Of a DNA stretch of 55,447 bases, positions 9,322 through 18,668 are shown piece by piece (the stretch's first letter is position 1; every line of letters starts with the position of its first letter). The notes beneath the pieces are model-generated. The model saw nothing but the letters and a program-made list of their open reading frames with translations, was not told the origin of the DNA and did not search any database. A program made the translations under genes and the position numbers. Location of the stretch: IMG/VR virus record IMGVR_UViG_3300042991_000477, positions 1 to 55,447 of that record; one strand, 5' to 3'. This DNA is from a virus. Lineage: Duplodnaviria > Caudoviricetes.

Positions 9322-11073
9322 ATGAAAATTTCACTTAATCAAATTAATACTATATCTGGTGATATCAAAGGAAATTATAAAAAAATATTAGAAAAAACTA
9401 ATATTGCATTAAATGAAGGCTCTGATATTATTGTTTTTCCTGAGGTTGCATTTACAGGATATTGTGTTGGAGCCTTATGGGACAATACAGATTTCATATT
9501 TGAACAAGAAAATTGTGTTCGTGACTTATTAAAAATTGTACCTTATAATAAATGTGTTATTGTGGGATATATTAGTTATCACGGTACAAAACCTGATGGT
9601 TTTCCATTATTAAAAAATAGTGTTGCTGTAATTAACAAAAATCGTATTCAACGGTATGATAAACAATTACTTGCAAATGCCGATCATCACGAAGATAAAA
9701 AATATTTTAAACCTGGTAAAAAAACAAAAGTTTTCAAATTACAAATCAATGATGAAGAAGTAAAAGTTGGAACTCCTATTTGTGAAGATATTTGGTACAC
9801 AAGTCACTCACGTAATATACCTAAAGAAATGGTTGATATGGGTGCAGAAATGTTAATTTCTGTTAATCAATCTTATTTCTATTATGGAAAACAAGATATC
9901 CGTAAAAATTTATTTAAAGGATTAGGACACTTAAAAGTTCCTATTATTTCTATAAATTCAGTTGGTGTTGGTGACATTGTTAAAAATATTATTGTATTTG
10001 ATGGTTCATCTTTAGTATATGATCCGTACAATAATAATTTTATTCAAATGAAAAGATTTGAAGAAGATACTTTAATGGTTATCTATGAAAAATCTTCAAC
10101 AAATAAATATTTATTAAAATCTAAATGCTCAAATTCAAATGATATTATTAACTATAAATATGATGAAATTATAGATGCAATTTCTTTTGAGCAAAAAGAA
10201 CTTTTCAAATTGATTGGAATAAAAAAAGCACAAGTACATATTAGTGGTGGTGTTGATAGTTCTATTGGTATGGCATTATCTATTTTATCAATGGGTAAAG
10301 AAAATTGCGTTTTTATCACTAATCCAACATCGTTAAATAGTGATAGTTTACCAATTGTACATCAATTAGCTGAAAATTTTGGAGTTGAAATTTATACAAA
10401 TGAATTAGAAGAAGTTTATCAAACACTTAATCGAAAAGACACTGAAAACTTTGGTTCAGAATTAAATAAGACTGGTCAAGCAACCATGCAAGCTGTATTA
10501 AGAACAGTTCAAGGTTTAGCTGCTTGTCATAGGTTTGGATCAGGTATTGTTGCTTGTGGTAATCACACTGAAATTGTATTAGGTTGGGCATCATTTCATG
10601 ATATTGGTTCTATTGGTGTACATTCACCAATTGGTGATTTAACAAAACTTGAATTGTTTGAACTTTGTGTTCAAATTAACAAAAAATTTCATAAATTAGG
10701 ATATATTGAGCATGTAATACCCGAAGGATTATATAATGGTAAAATTATTCCTGCAGCAGAATTACCTGATAGTAAATATGATCCAATTGATTATTATATT
10801 CAATCTGGTTTATGTGCAGAAGTTATTCGTTGTAAAAAAACAAAAACTCAATTAATTAGTGATTTTGAAAATAAAAGATTAACCGCTGATTTCTTTCCAA
10901 AAGATATTTATGAAAAATATATTATGGAACAATTTATAAAAGAGGTTGATTTTACTTTAACAAAAAGTAGAATTTCAGTATTTAAAGCTGCACAAGCAGC
11001 ACCTATTGTAATTCTATCACCAAGAAGTAGAGGTTTTTCAAATCGTGAAACAATTATTAACAAATATAGATAA
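9322..11073 (+). CDS. nadE: Glutamine-dependent NAD+ synthetase
   Basis: Nitrilase domain triad (FPE, YDKQLL, ICEDIW) plus SGGVDSS PP-loop, GNHTE, PIGDLTK, PAAEL. Confidence 0.92.
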   Translation: MKISLNQINTISGDIKGNYKKILEKTNIALNEGSDIIVFPEVAFTGYCVGALWDNTDFIFEQENCVRDLLKIVPYNKCVIVGYISYHGTKPDGFPLLKNSVAVINKNRIQRYDKQLLANADHHEDKKYFKPGKKTKVFKLQINDEEVKVGTPICEDIWYTSHSRNIPKEMVDMGAEMLISVNQSYFYYGKQDIRKNLFKGLGHLKVPIISINSVGVGDIVKNIIVFDGSSLVYDPYNNNFIQMKRFEEDTLMVIYEKSSTNKYLLKSKCSNSNDIINYKYDEIIDAISFEQKELFKLIGIKKAQVHISGGVDSSIGMALSILSMGKENCVFITNPTSLNSDSLPIVHQLAENFGVEIYTNELEEVYQTLNRKDTENFGSELNKTGQATMQAVLRTVQGLAACHRFGSGIVACGNHTEIVLGWASFHDIGSIGVHSPIGDLTKLELFELCVQINKKFHKLGYIEHVIPEGLYNGKIIPAAELPDSKYDPIDYYIQSGLCAEVIRCKKTKTQLISDFENKRLTADFFPKDIYEKYIMEQFIKEVDFTLTKSRISVFKAAQAAPIVILSPRSRGFSNRETIINKYR

Positions 11074-11291
11074 TGGAACTAATTGAATTAGCAAAAAATT
11101 GGTTAATAGCAAGAAGAAATGGTGATATTGCAGGAATTGAAATATTACCACAAAGAACTAGTGCTGGAATGGTTGTGTGGTTTTATTGGGAAGAAACATG
11201 GGAAGATTTACCATATTTTTTAACTGTACCTATGGTTGAAGAATTGTTAACTGGTAAAAATCCTAAAAACGTAAAAAATAAATACAGATGA
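11073..11291 (+). CDS. Hypothetical protein
   Basis: Coupled ORF in the operon. Confidence 0.65.
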   Translation: MELIELAKNWLIARRNGDIAGIEILPQRTSAGMVVWFYWEETWEDLPYFLTVPMVEELLTGKNPKNVKNKYR

Positions 11292-11554
11292 AATTAATTA
11301 AAGCTATAAAATTATACACAAAATTAAGAGTTAGACAAGAGTTATTATGCGATGATTGTGTTCTGTGGTCTCAAAAAATGTATATGTGTGAAGACTATAA
11401 AATATATCCAAAATTAAGTGAATTTAGTGCAATTAATCATGCTGTTAAAAAAGTAGAAAAAAAACTACCAAACATTTACTTTTTTTTAAGTGATTTATTA
11501 GGTGGAAGAAGAAGATTAAAACAAAGAATAATAAAACAAAAATTTAAAATATAA
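11288..11554 (+). CDS. Hypothetical basic protein
   Basis: ATGA overlap with the previous ORF. Confidence 0.65.
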   Translation: MKLIKAIKLYTKLRVRQELLCDDCVLWSQKMYMCEDYKIYPKLSEFSAINHAVKKVEKKLPNIYFFLSDLLGGRRRLKQRIIKQKFKI

Positions 11555-11558
11555 AATT

Positions 11559-11750
11559 ATGAACGATGAGCCTCCCGATGTTTATATGGGTTGGGATGAA
11601 GGAAAACCCATGAGACCACCAAACAAGAAAGAAATAGCATTAGATATATATAAACAACTCATTAATGATGATGAATTGTTATATGAGTTAAGTGTATTAT
11701 TAAGAAAAAACAAAATTATTAAATTAGAAAATAATTTAAAAAATGATTAA
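11559..11750 (+). CDS. RKxKL-tail family small protein
   Basis: Ends LLRKNKIIKLENNLKND. Confidence 0.7.
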   Translation: MNDEPPDVYMGWDEGKPMRPPNKKEIALDIYKQLINDDELLYELSVLLRKNKIIKLENNLKND

Positions 11751-12050
11751 AATCGTATATGTAGATAGTATTGAAAAGTTAGATTATAATTATTTACCAA
11801 CGTATAAAAAATGTGATAATGGTAAATATTTACAATTATGTACTCATCAATTAAGCATTGAACTTATTAACGAAAATGCTGACCAACACCTCTAATTTTA
11901 GCAATTGATGGTTTTTCAAAACCAGCCTTTAATGAATTAAGAAAAAAATTGAATGTAAATTTTATTGAACTTAATATTGAAGATGATGATGAAAAAAAAT
12001 TAATTATTACTAAATATAGAGAATTTCTAAAAAATACTACTAATGTTTAA
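11743..12050 (+). pseudogene. Frameshifted hypothetical gene (mutation or sequencing error)
   Basis: MIKIVYVDSIEKL... continues in another frame as PLILAIDGFSKPAFNELRKKL...; end approximate. Confidence 0.5.
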
Positions 12051-12062
12051 TAAAAAAATATT

Positions 12063-12320
12063 ATGAGAAAAATTATATTTTTGATGCTAATTGTACTAAT
12101 TAGTTGTGCTGGACCAAAAGATCCAAATTATATGGGATATGTTGAACGATTACCAAAAGGTGAATATGTTATTTGGAATACTGGTTCAAGACATATAGTT
12201 AGATGTGTGAATAAAGAAGGAAAATATTATAGTTTAAATGATTCTCACTTTGCCGAAAATGGTATTCCTGGATATGATGCACATCAATATAGAGAAAAAA
12301 CAAAAATTGTAATTAAATAA
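12063..12320 (+). CDS. Putative lipoprotein
   Basis: MRKIIFLMLIVLIS-C lipobox-like signal. Confidence 0.7.
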   Translation: MRKIIFLMLIVLISCAGPKDPNYMGYVERLPKGEYVIWNTGSRHIVRCVNKEGKYYSLNDSHFAENGIPGYDAHQYREKTKIVIK

Positions 12321-12330
12321 ACATTAAATT

Positions 12331-12633
12331 ATGAAAATTGAATTTGATTGGAAAATTTTTGAAACAGAAAAACCAATAGTGGGTTCTAAGGTTATTTTTC
12401 AATATCAAGGAAAATTGATTTTAGGTATTTATAACGGTGATACTTCAAATAATTATCCAAAAATTGGTATGTGGTCTGATAATAGACAATTTCCAATTTA
12501 TAATTTTGTAGGTAGCGAAATAACACCAAAATCTTTTAATAAAAAATCTCAATTATCATATCCTATTTATACACCTTTTGCTTATAGAGATGGATATAAT
12601 CCATATAATTTTAAATGGGGATTATTATACTGA
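12331..12633 (+). CDS. Hypothetical protein
   Basis: ORF in operon; PIVGSKVI strand motif. Confidence 0.7.
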   Translation: MKIEFDWKIFETEKPIVGSKVIFQYQGKLILGIYNGDTSNNYPKIGMWSDNRQFPIYNFVGSEITPKSFNKKSQLSYPIYTPFAYRDGYNPYNFKWGLLY

Positions 12634-12665
12634 AAATTGGTTATAACTTTTAATATAAAAAATAA

Positions 12666-12890
12666 ATGAAAATATCGGGAACTCTAATATTTCTAATTAT
12701 TTTAGTAGTATTCATAATAGTTTTTTTTGTAATACCTATTATTGTGGAAATTTTTAGTGAAAGTGAAGAAGAAGAAACTGAAAATGATGACTCAATGTAT
12801 TTATGTGCTAATGTTGATAGATATTGTATATTTTACGATAGGGGTAAATGTAATAGTAAAAGTAAATGTAGAGCTAAATATATAAAATAA
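12666..12890 (+). CDS. Small membrane protein with Cys-rich C-terminus
   Basis: N-terminal TM helix, acidic linker, four Cys. Confidence 0.7.
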   Translation: MKISGTLIFLIILVVFIIVFFVIPIIVEIFSESEEEETENDDSMYLCANVDRYCIFYDRGKCNSKSKCRAKYIK

Positions 12891-12896
12891 TATAAA

Positions 12897-13490
12897 ATGA
12901 ATATAGAATTAACAGATTTCGCATTAAGGCATTTTGATAAAACTTTTGGTGGTACAAAAATTTTAGATTGTACACCACAAAGATTTAATATGTTTTTAAA
13001 CCCAGTTGCACCGTTTGAAAATTTTAAATTATTAGACGGTTATGCTCCATTTTGTAAATTATTACCGATTAAAAATTTTACAGATGCTCGTATTGGTTCA
13101 CTACCAATAACATTAGAAAATTATCAATATCTTCGTTCAGGATATTCTGCTCGTAGAGAAGGTGAATTGCCTGTATTTTCAAGATGGTTTGAATTACCAA
13201 TTAGTAAACCAAAAGCTGAATGGTTGATGCTAGTTCTTTATAGCAACGAACAATTACATAAAGAACATTCAGAAGATAAAAAAAATGCTGGTGTGCCATT
13301 TTTATTTGGTGCTGATTGGGGAGTAGTTGCCATACTTGGTCAAAGTCATCCTAATGAAGAACCAATGAAACCCGAAACAATGTTAAGGAATGCACTTGGA
13401 ATTGAATATGGTGGCTCTGGTGTAGCTTTAGATAAAGAAAAATATTTAGAGTCCGTTGAATTTTGGGATAAAAATGCAACTCTTAAATAA
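12897..13490 (+). CDS. DUF3228 family protein
   Basis: DGYAPFCK, LRSGYSARREGELPVFSRWF, LYSNEQL, PMKPETMLRNALGIEYGGSGV motifs. Confidence 0.85.
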   Translation: MNIELTDFALRHFDKTFGGTKILDCTPQRFNMFLNPVAPFENFKLLDGYAPFCKLLPIKNFTDARIGSLPITLENYQYLRSGYSARREGELPVFSRWFELPISKPKAEWLMLVLYSNEQLHKEHSEDKKNAGVPFLFGADWGVVAILGQSHPNEEPMKPETMLRNALGIEYGGSGVALDKEKYLESVEFWDKNATLK

Positions 13491-13501
13491 TATTTTAATT
13501 A

Positions 13502-13768
13502 ATGAATTATAAAAAGGGAGATATAGTATATTGTAAAAGAAATTTTGTTTTTTTAGAAGATAAAATATTTGAAGAAGGTAAATCATATATCATTGATAGT
13601 GACTGGCCTAGTTTTTATGATGTATTAGGTGTTTCTTTCTATAAAAACAGTAATTCAATTATGATAGACAAAAAAGTTTTAACACTTGATAATTTTTTTC
13701 ATGATTATTTTTGTACATTAAAGGAATTAAGACAAATAAAATTAAAAAGATTAAAAAGCCTTGAATGA
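13502..13768 (+). CDS. RKxKL-tail family small protein (SH3/KOW-like core)
   Basis: YKKGDIVYC...ELRQIKLKRLKSLE. Confidence 0.8.
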   Translation: MNYKKGDIVYCKRNFVFLEDKIFEEGKSYIIDSDWPSFYDVLGVSFYKNSNSIMIDKKVLTLDNFFHDYFCTLKELRQIKLKRLKSLE

Positions 13769-13780
13769 AGCTTTTTTTAT

Positions 13781-13809
13781 TAAACTTTATTTATAAAATG
13801 TAATAAATA
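13781..13809 (+). promoter_or_regulatory. TAAACTT-N16-TAnA(T/A) phage promoter candidate
   Basis: Same spacing at 17289, 42477, 44174 and 48271. Confidence 0.55.
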
Positions 13810-13824
13810 TTAAAAACAACAAAT

Positions 13825-14334
13825 ATGGTTAAATTAAAGATAATAGTTTCAGTATCAGAAAATTGGGTAATCGGTAAGAACAATAAGTTATTATGGAGAT
13901 TAAGTAATGATTTAAAGAGATTTAAAGAATTAACAATTGGTAATACTGTTATAATGGGTCAAAAAACATTTGAATCTCTACCAAATGGTGCATTACCATA
14001 TAGAACAAATATAGTTTTAACTGATAATCCAAAATTTTCAGCACCTAATGTGATAGTTGCATATAATATGTTTGAGGCAATAGAAAAAGCTAAAATAGAG
14101 TGTGGTAAAGATTGTGATGTTTTTATAATTGGTGGAGGAATGATATATAAATTATTTTTAGAATATGCTGATTATATTTATCTAACAACTGTTCATACTA
14201 TAATTGATGGAGATACATATTTTCCAGAATTAAACTATAATGATTGGATATTAGAATCGGAAGAATTTAAAGAGAAAGATGATAATAATGAATATGATCA
14301 TACATACAAAGTGTATAAAAGGAGAATAATTTAA
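13825..14334 (+). CDS. folA: Dihydrofolate reductase
   Basis: VIGKNNKLLWRLSNDLKRFK, IMGQKTFESL, LPYRTNIVL, IIGGGMIY, GDTYFP. Confidence 0.95.
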   Translation: MVKLKIIVSVSENWVIGKNNKLLWRLSNDLKRFKELTIGNTVIMGQKTFESLPNGALPYRTNIVLTDNPKFSAPNVIVAYNMFEAIEKAKIECGKDCDVFIIGGGMIYKLFLEYADYIYLTTVHTIIDGDTYFPELNYNDWILESEEFKEKDDNNEYDHTYKVYKRRII

Positions 14335-14345
14335 AAAATGAAAAT

Positions 14346-14708
14346 ATGAAAGTAGATTATAACGAATTAATGCGTTTAAAAAAAGAAATGGAGGAATTAT
14401 ATATAAATTTTCAAAAAAGTCATAATGATATTTTAAAATTAATTGAAATTTCTGATTGTATTGATAATGAAAAAGTTGACGAATATTATTCTTATTTGAA
14501 GGAATATGAGTCTTCTTTAGATTTACTAAAATCTAATTTTTTATTATTAAGTTCTAATCATAAAAAATTAGAATCTTGTTTAAGCCAAACTAGACTGTTG
14601 AAGAAAAAAAGATTAATAAAAATTAAATCGGAAATGTCAAAACGTAAAAATGATGATGAGGAAGATGTTGAGGATGATACAGAATCATTTTTTGATTTAG
14701 ATGATTAA
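14346..14708 (+). CDS. Coiled-coil hypothetical protein with acidic tail
   Basis: ORF in operon. Confidence 0.7.
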   Translation: MKVDYNELMRLKKEMEELYINFQKSHNDILKLIEISDCIDNEKVDEYYSYLKEYESSLDLLKSNFLLLSSNHKKLESCLSQTRLLKKKRLIKIKSEMSKRKNDDEEDVEDDTESFFDLDD

Positions 14709-14762
14709 ATTAATTTAATCAACGATTGCTTAATATTAAGCAAATAAAAATAAATAAAATGA

Positions 14763-16088
14763 ATGTCAAAAAAAAGCAATAAAATTTTTGTAATAGATAC
14801 ATCTGTGATACTTTATGATCACAATGCAATTTATAATTTTGAGGATAATGATGTAGCAATTCCAATTACAGTATTTGAGGAGTTGGATAATTTTAAAAAG
14901 GGAAATGATACTATTAATTATGAAGCAAGAGAATTTATTAGAAATATAGATAAACTTGCCAATAAAAATAATTTAAATAATTGGATTCCAATAAATAAAA
15001 GTAAAGGTAAATTTAAAGTTATAATGACAGAAAATCCAATTGTTGATGCTATTAAAATTTTTCAAGATAATAAAGCAGACCATCATATATTAAATGCTGC
15101 ATTAACATTAATATCAGAAAATCCAAATAAAAAAGTAATATTAGTATCTAAAGATATTAATTTAAGGTTAAAAGCTAAATCTTTAAATTTAAATTCAGAA
15201 GATTATTTAACTGGTAAAATTCAAGACACAGAAAAATTAATTACAGGTAAGTCAATTATAGAAAATGTTGATGATACTATAATAAATAATATATATCAAA
15301 CTGGATATTGTTCACCAGAAGATATTGGATTAACAGATATTTACAATAATAAATATTTAATTATTAAAAACGATAAATCTTCTGTACTTTGTTATTTTAA
15401 TTCAAAGACTAAAAATGTTGAAAGAATAGAAAAACAAACTTGTTATAAAATAACACCAAGAAATTCTGAACAAGTATTTGCGTTACATGCTCTTTTAAAT
15501 CCAGATGTTAAATTAGTTTCATTACAAGGTGTGGCTGGTACAGGAAAAACATTGTTGGCATTAGCAGCAGCGTTACAACAAAAAAAAGTATTTAAACAAA
15601 TATATCTAACTAGGCCAACTATACCATTGAATGGTAAGGATTTGGGGTTTTTGCCTGGTGATTTAAATTCCAAACTAATAGTATATATGGACGGTTTCTT
15701 TGACAATATTAAATTTATCCAAAATCAATATAAAGAAACAGATAAAGAATATAAATTTATAGGGGATTGTATAAAAGAAGAAAAAGTTATTATTACACCG
15801 TTAACTTACATTCGTGGGCGTAGTATTTCTAATGTTCTTTTCATAATTGATGAATCACAAAATTTAACACCTCTGGAAATTAAAACTATAGTAACAAGAG
15901 CTGGAGAAGGCACAAAAATTATATTTACTGGTGATATTCATCAAATTGATACACCTTATCTAGATGCACAAAGTAATGGATTATCACATCTAATTGACAA
16001 AATGAAAAATCAATCAATTTATGCACATGTAACTTTGGAAAAAGGAGAAAGATCAGAATTGGCAACAATAGCAAGTGACTTACTTTAA
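14763..16088 (+). CDS. phoH: PhoH-family ATPase with N-terminal PIN domain
   Basis: VIDTSV...ELDNFK PIN domain; GVAGTGKT, LGFLPG, YIRGRS, IDESQN, GDIHQID. Confidence 0.92.
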   Translation: MSKKSNKIFVIDTSVILYDHNAIYNFEDNDVAIPITVFEELDNFKKGNDTINYEAREFIRNIDKLANKNNLNNWIPINKSKGKFKVIMTENPIVDAIKIFQDNKADHHILNAALTLISENPNKKVILVSKDINLRLKAKSLNLNSEDYLTGKIQDTEKLITGKSIIENVDDTIINNIYQTGYCSPEDIGLTDIYNNKYLIIKNDKSSVLCYFNSKTKNVERIEKQTCYKITPRNSEQVFALHALLNPDVKLVSLQGVAGTGKTLLALAAALQQKKVFKQIYLTRPTIPLNGKDLGFLPGDLNSKLIVYMDGFFDNIKFIQNQYKETDKEYKFIGDCIKEEKVIITPLTYIRGRSISNVLFIIDESQNLTPLEIKTIVTRAGEGTKIIFTGDIHQIDTPYLDAQSNGLSHLIDKMKNQSIYAHVTLEKGERSELATIASDLL

Positions 16089-17228
16089 TCTTTTTAATTT
16101 TTCTATTAAATTGTATAATTTGTTTTTTTTAACGTAAGAATAATGTTTAGGTGATTTTTCTCTAAAATCTTTCAAATTATCATATTTCTCCATTTCTGAT
16201 TTTATATCAGAAATAGAGAATTTTGATGTTCTATGTAAATTTTTAATCAAATGATTTAAATTATTTTTTTTAATATAAAGATAGCAACCTTTTGAATTTT
16301 TTATAAATTCTCCTAATTTATTATATTTTTTTATCTCCTCAATAACTTTTTCTTCTGTCCAATAAATTTTATTACGTTTCAATTTTGATGTATATTTATC
16401 TATCAATCCTCTATTAATCAATTTTTGATATAATGAGAATTCGTTAATTTTAAAATCATGATAATTATCATATTTGCTAATAATATTTATTATTTCTTTT
16501 TCATCTATTATTTTACTATTAATAAATTCATTAATATATTTATCATCAATATTTATAATATAATTAACATTAAAATTTTTATTACAAATATTATTAATAA
16601 TTTTAATATTTTTAATTAATTGTTTTTTTATATCTTGTATATAATTTCTATTATTTTCAGTTAATCTTATAAGTGTAATATTTTTATTTTTACATATCTC
16701 AGTTTTAATCATATCTATTTCTTTATTAACATGCCACAACTTACCATCATATTCAAATCCGAGTTTATATTTTTCAATATAAACATCTAATTCGTATGGC
16801 TTTATTATATTTTTTTCATTATAGGTAATTGTATCATTAAATAATTTTTTTATAATACTAAATAATATTAACTGTGGTATTGAATATGATCCAGTAACCA
16901 TATGACTACAAATATCATTTAAATAACCAGCAACTCTTGCTGTATAATATGCACTACCATCTAATCTTTGAAATTCACCTCTTGTTTTATATTTTTGTGC
17001 AATTATTTTTAAATTTTCATATGATAAATCTCTGCCAACAATTTTATTTCTATTAGCTATATTTTTACTCTTTTGTTTTTTAGATTTTTTCAATTTTAAT
17101 AAATATGCTTTTCTTTCAATTTGATCAATAGTTTTATTTAAAATTTTTGCAATATTAAAATTTATTTCATCAGAATAAATTTCTATTAATTTATTTGTTT
17201 CGTCTTTTGTCCATCTTATATATTTCAT
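16080..17228 (-). CDS. Putative PD-(D/E)XK (Vsr/DUF559-like) homing endonuclease with helical repeats
   Basis: YELDVYIEKYKLGFEYDGKLWH; repeated KY..L.EF....Y units. Confidence 0.7.
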   Translation of the reverse strand: MKYIRWTKDETNKLIEIYSDEINFNIAKILNKTIDQIERKAYLLKLKKSKKQKSKNIANRNKIVGRDLSYENLKIIAQKYKTRGEFQRLDGSAYYTARVAGYLNDICSHMVTGSYSIPQLILFSIIKKLFNDTITYNEKNIIKPYELDVYIEKYKLGFEYDGKLWHVNKEIDMIKTEICKNKNITLIRLTENNRNYIQDIKKQLIKNIKIINNICNKNFNVNYIINIDDKYINEFINSKIIDEKEIINIISKYDNYHDFKINEFSLYQKLINRGLIDKYTSKLKRNKIYWTEEKVIEEIKKYNKLGEFIKNSKGCYLYIKKNNLNHLIKNLHRTSKFSISDIKSEMEKYDNLKDFREKSPKHYSYVKKNKLYNLIEKLKRLK

Positions 17229-17288
17229 ATTTATGGTTATATTTTATACTATATATAAAAAATATGTATCCAAGTTTACTATTTGTTA

Positions 17289-17317
17289 TAAACTTTTTAT
17301 ATAATAATTCATATAAT
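17289..17317 (+). promoter_or_regulatory. TAAACTT-N16-TATAAT promoter candidate
   Basis: 5 bp before the ATG of 17323. Confidence 0.55.
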
Positions 17318-17322
17318 TAAAT

Positions 17323-17526
17323 ATGAAATATCATTGTATTGATTGTGATAAAGATTTTGATGAATCTTCTGATATACTTGAAATTAAAGGTAAACTTATT
17401 AGAATTTTGTTTGTTAGATGTCCAAATTGTAATAATAGCAATGTTTGTTTATCTGAAAATGGTAAAAAAATGGTAGAAAGAAAAGCAAAAATTAATAAAA
17501 TTGAAACTACAAATTCTTTTTTGTAG
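17323..17526 (+). CDS. Zinc-ribbon protein with RKxKI tail
   Basis: CIDC...CPNC; ERKAKINKI. Confidence 0.75.
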   Translation: MKYHCIDCDKDFDESSDILEIKGKLIRILFVRCPNCNNSNVCLSENGKKMVERKAKINKIETTNSFL

Positions 17527-18445
17527 TTTCAATTGGTGTTATTTTTATGTATCTTGATATAGCATGCACTTTTTTTGGATCTCTTTTTATTTTATAAACA
17601 CCATCTCCTTCTCTACTAAATCCAGAATTAGTATTTCCCTCAACTGTAATAAAATAACCACTTTTATCTACTTTTTCTAAAAATCCAACATGACCAACTC
17701 TACCAAGTTCTGGATAATAATATGTTATCACATCTCCTGGTAATAATTTGATGTTATTATTTTTTCTCTTTGATGACCATATAATATCTTTTTGTATTGC
17801 ATAACTAGGAGACCATGCAGTATTTGGATTTTCAACTCCTAACCAGGTGAGATTAGCGCCAACAAAAGCACCACACCATGGTTGCCTTAATTTTGATTTT
17901 ACTGTTATTAAATATTTATCTATCATTGGTCCTCTGTTTTCTGATGTTTCTCTAACATTTAATTGAGAGTTAATAGTGTCTATTAAATTTTCTCTAACAT
18001 CTATATTTTTATTTATACTTTTTGTTTGTGCTCCAGCACCAAATACCAAAGCGGCAGCAAGTATAAACACCAAAATAAACTTTATAGTATATTCTATTTT
18101 TTTATCTTCAGATATACTATCAAAATTGTGATATATCTTATCATGTAAATATTTATATATTTTAGGAAATGATATTCTAAGTGCGAAATGTGCTGACCAC
18201 AATGTAATAATGAATAATAAAATTTTAGATATTATTGTTTCTATTTGACTATAAAAATCAAAAAACGCACCTTGTGGAAACATTTTAATCATTAAGCTAT
18301 TGAAAAAATAAAAACCTATTAATAATAATGGTATAGCAATCATTTCTTCCTTATATGTTTTATAAAAGTCAGAATTTTTTATTTTTATAAATAAATTTTT
18401 TATTTTTAGAAATAAATTTTTAATATTTTTAATCATAGTTATCAT
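17507..18445 (-). CDS. CHAP/NlpC-type peptidoglycan hydrolase with three N-terminal TM helices
   Basis: PWCGAFV, GHVGFL, TVEGNT catalytic motifs; hydrophobic N-terminal half. Confidence 0.8.
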   Translation of the reverse strand: MITMIKNIKNLFLKIKNLFIKIKNSDFYKTYKEEMIAIPLLLIGFYFFNSLMIKMFPQGAFFDFYSQIETIISKILLFIITLWSAHFALRISFPKIYKYLHDKIYHNFDSISEDKKIEYTIKFILVFILAAALVFGAGAQTKSINKNIDVRENLIDTINSQLNVRETSENRGPMIDKYLITVKSKLRQPWCGAFVGANLTWLGVENPNTAWSPSYAIQKDIIWSSKRKNNNIKLLPGDVITYYYPELGRVGHVGFLEKVDKSGYFITVEGNTNSGFSREGDGVYKIKRDPKKVHAISRYIKITPIETTKKNL

Positions 18446-18485
18446 TATTTTAAACTATATATTATAATTTAAATATAATAATTTG

Positions 18486-18659
18486 ATGAATTTATATGAA
18501 AAAATATCAAAAGCTGCAGAATTAATACATAGAAAATCTTTAACAGGTGCTGGTAATTATATAATAATTAGTCCAAAAATTGCAGAAATTATTGAAAATT
18601 TAAATATCAAAAAGCATCGAAAGAAAAAGTTAGAACAAATATTTAGAACAAGAATCTGA
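18486..18659 (+). CDS. 57-aa protein resembling a gp23 major-capsid segment, with RKKKL tail (below the ORF-track cutoff)
   Basis: MNLYEKISKAAELIHRKSLTGAGNYIIISPKIAEIIENLNIKKHRKKKLEQIFRTRI fills the intergenic gap. Confidence 0.65.
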   Translation: MNLYEKISKAAELIHRKSLTGAGNYIIISPKIAEIIENLNIKKHRKKKLEQIFRTRI

Positions 18660-18668
18660 ATAGAATTT

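Noticed and set aside
12631-12669. Third possible TGA readthrough (GLLY-TGA-KLVITFNIKNK-TGA/ATG)
   Set aside because: The extension has no motif support and could easily arise by chance.
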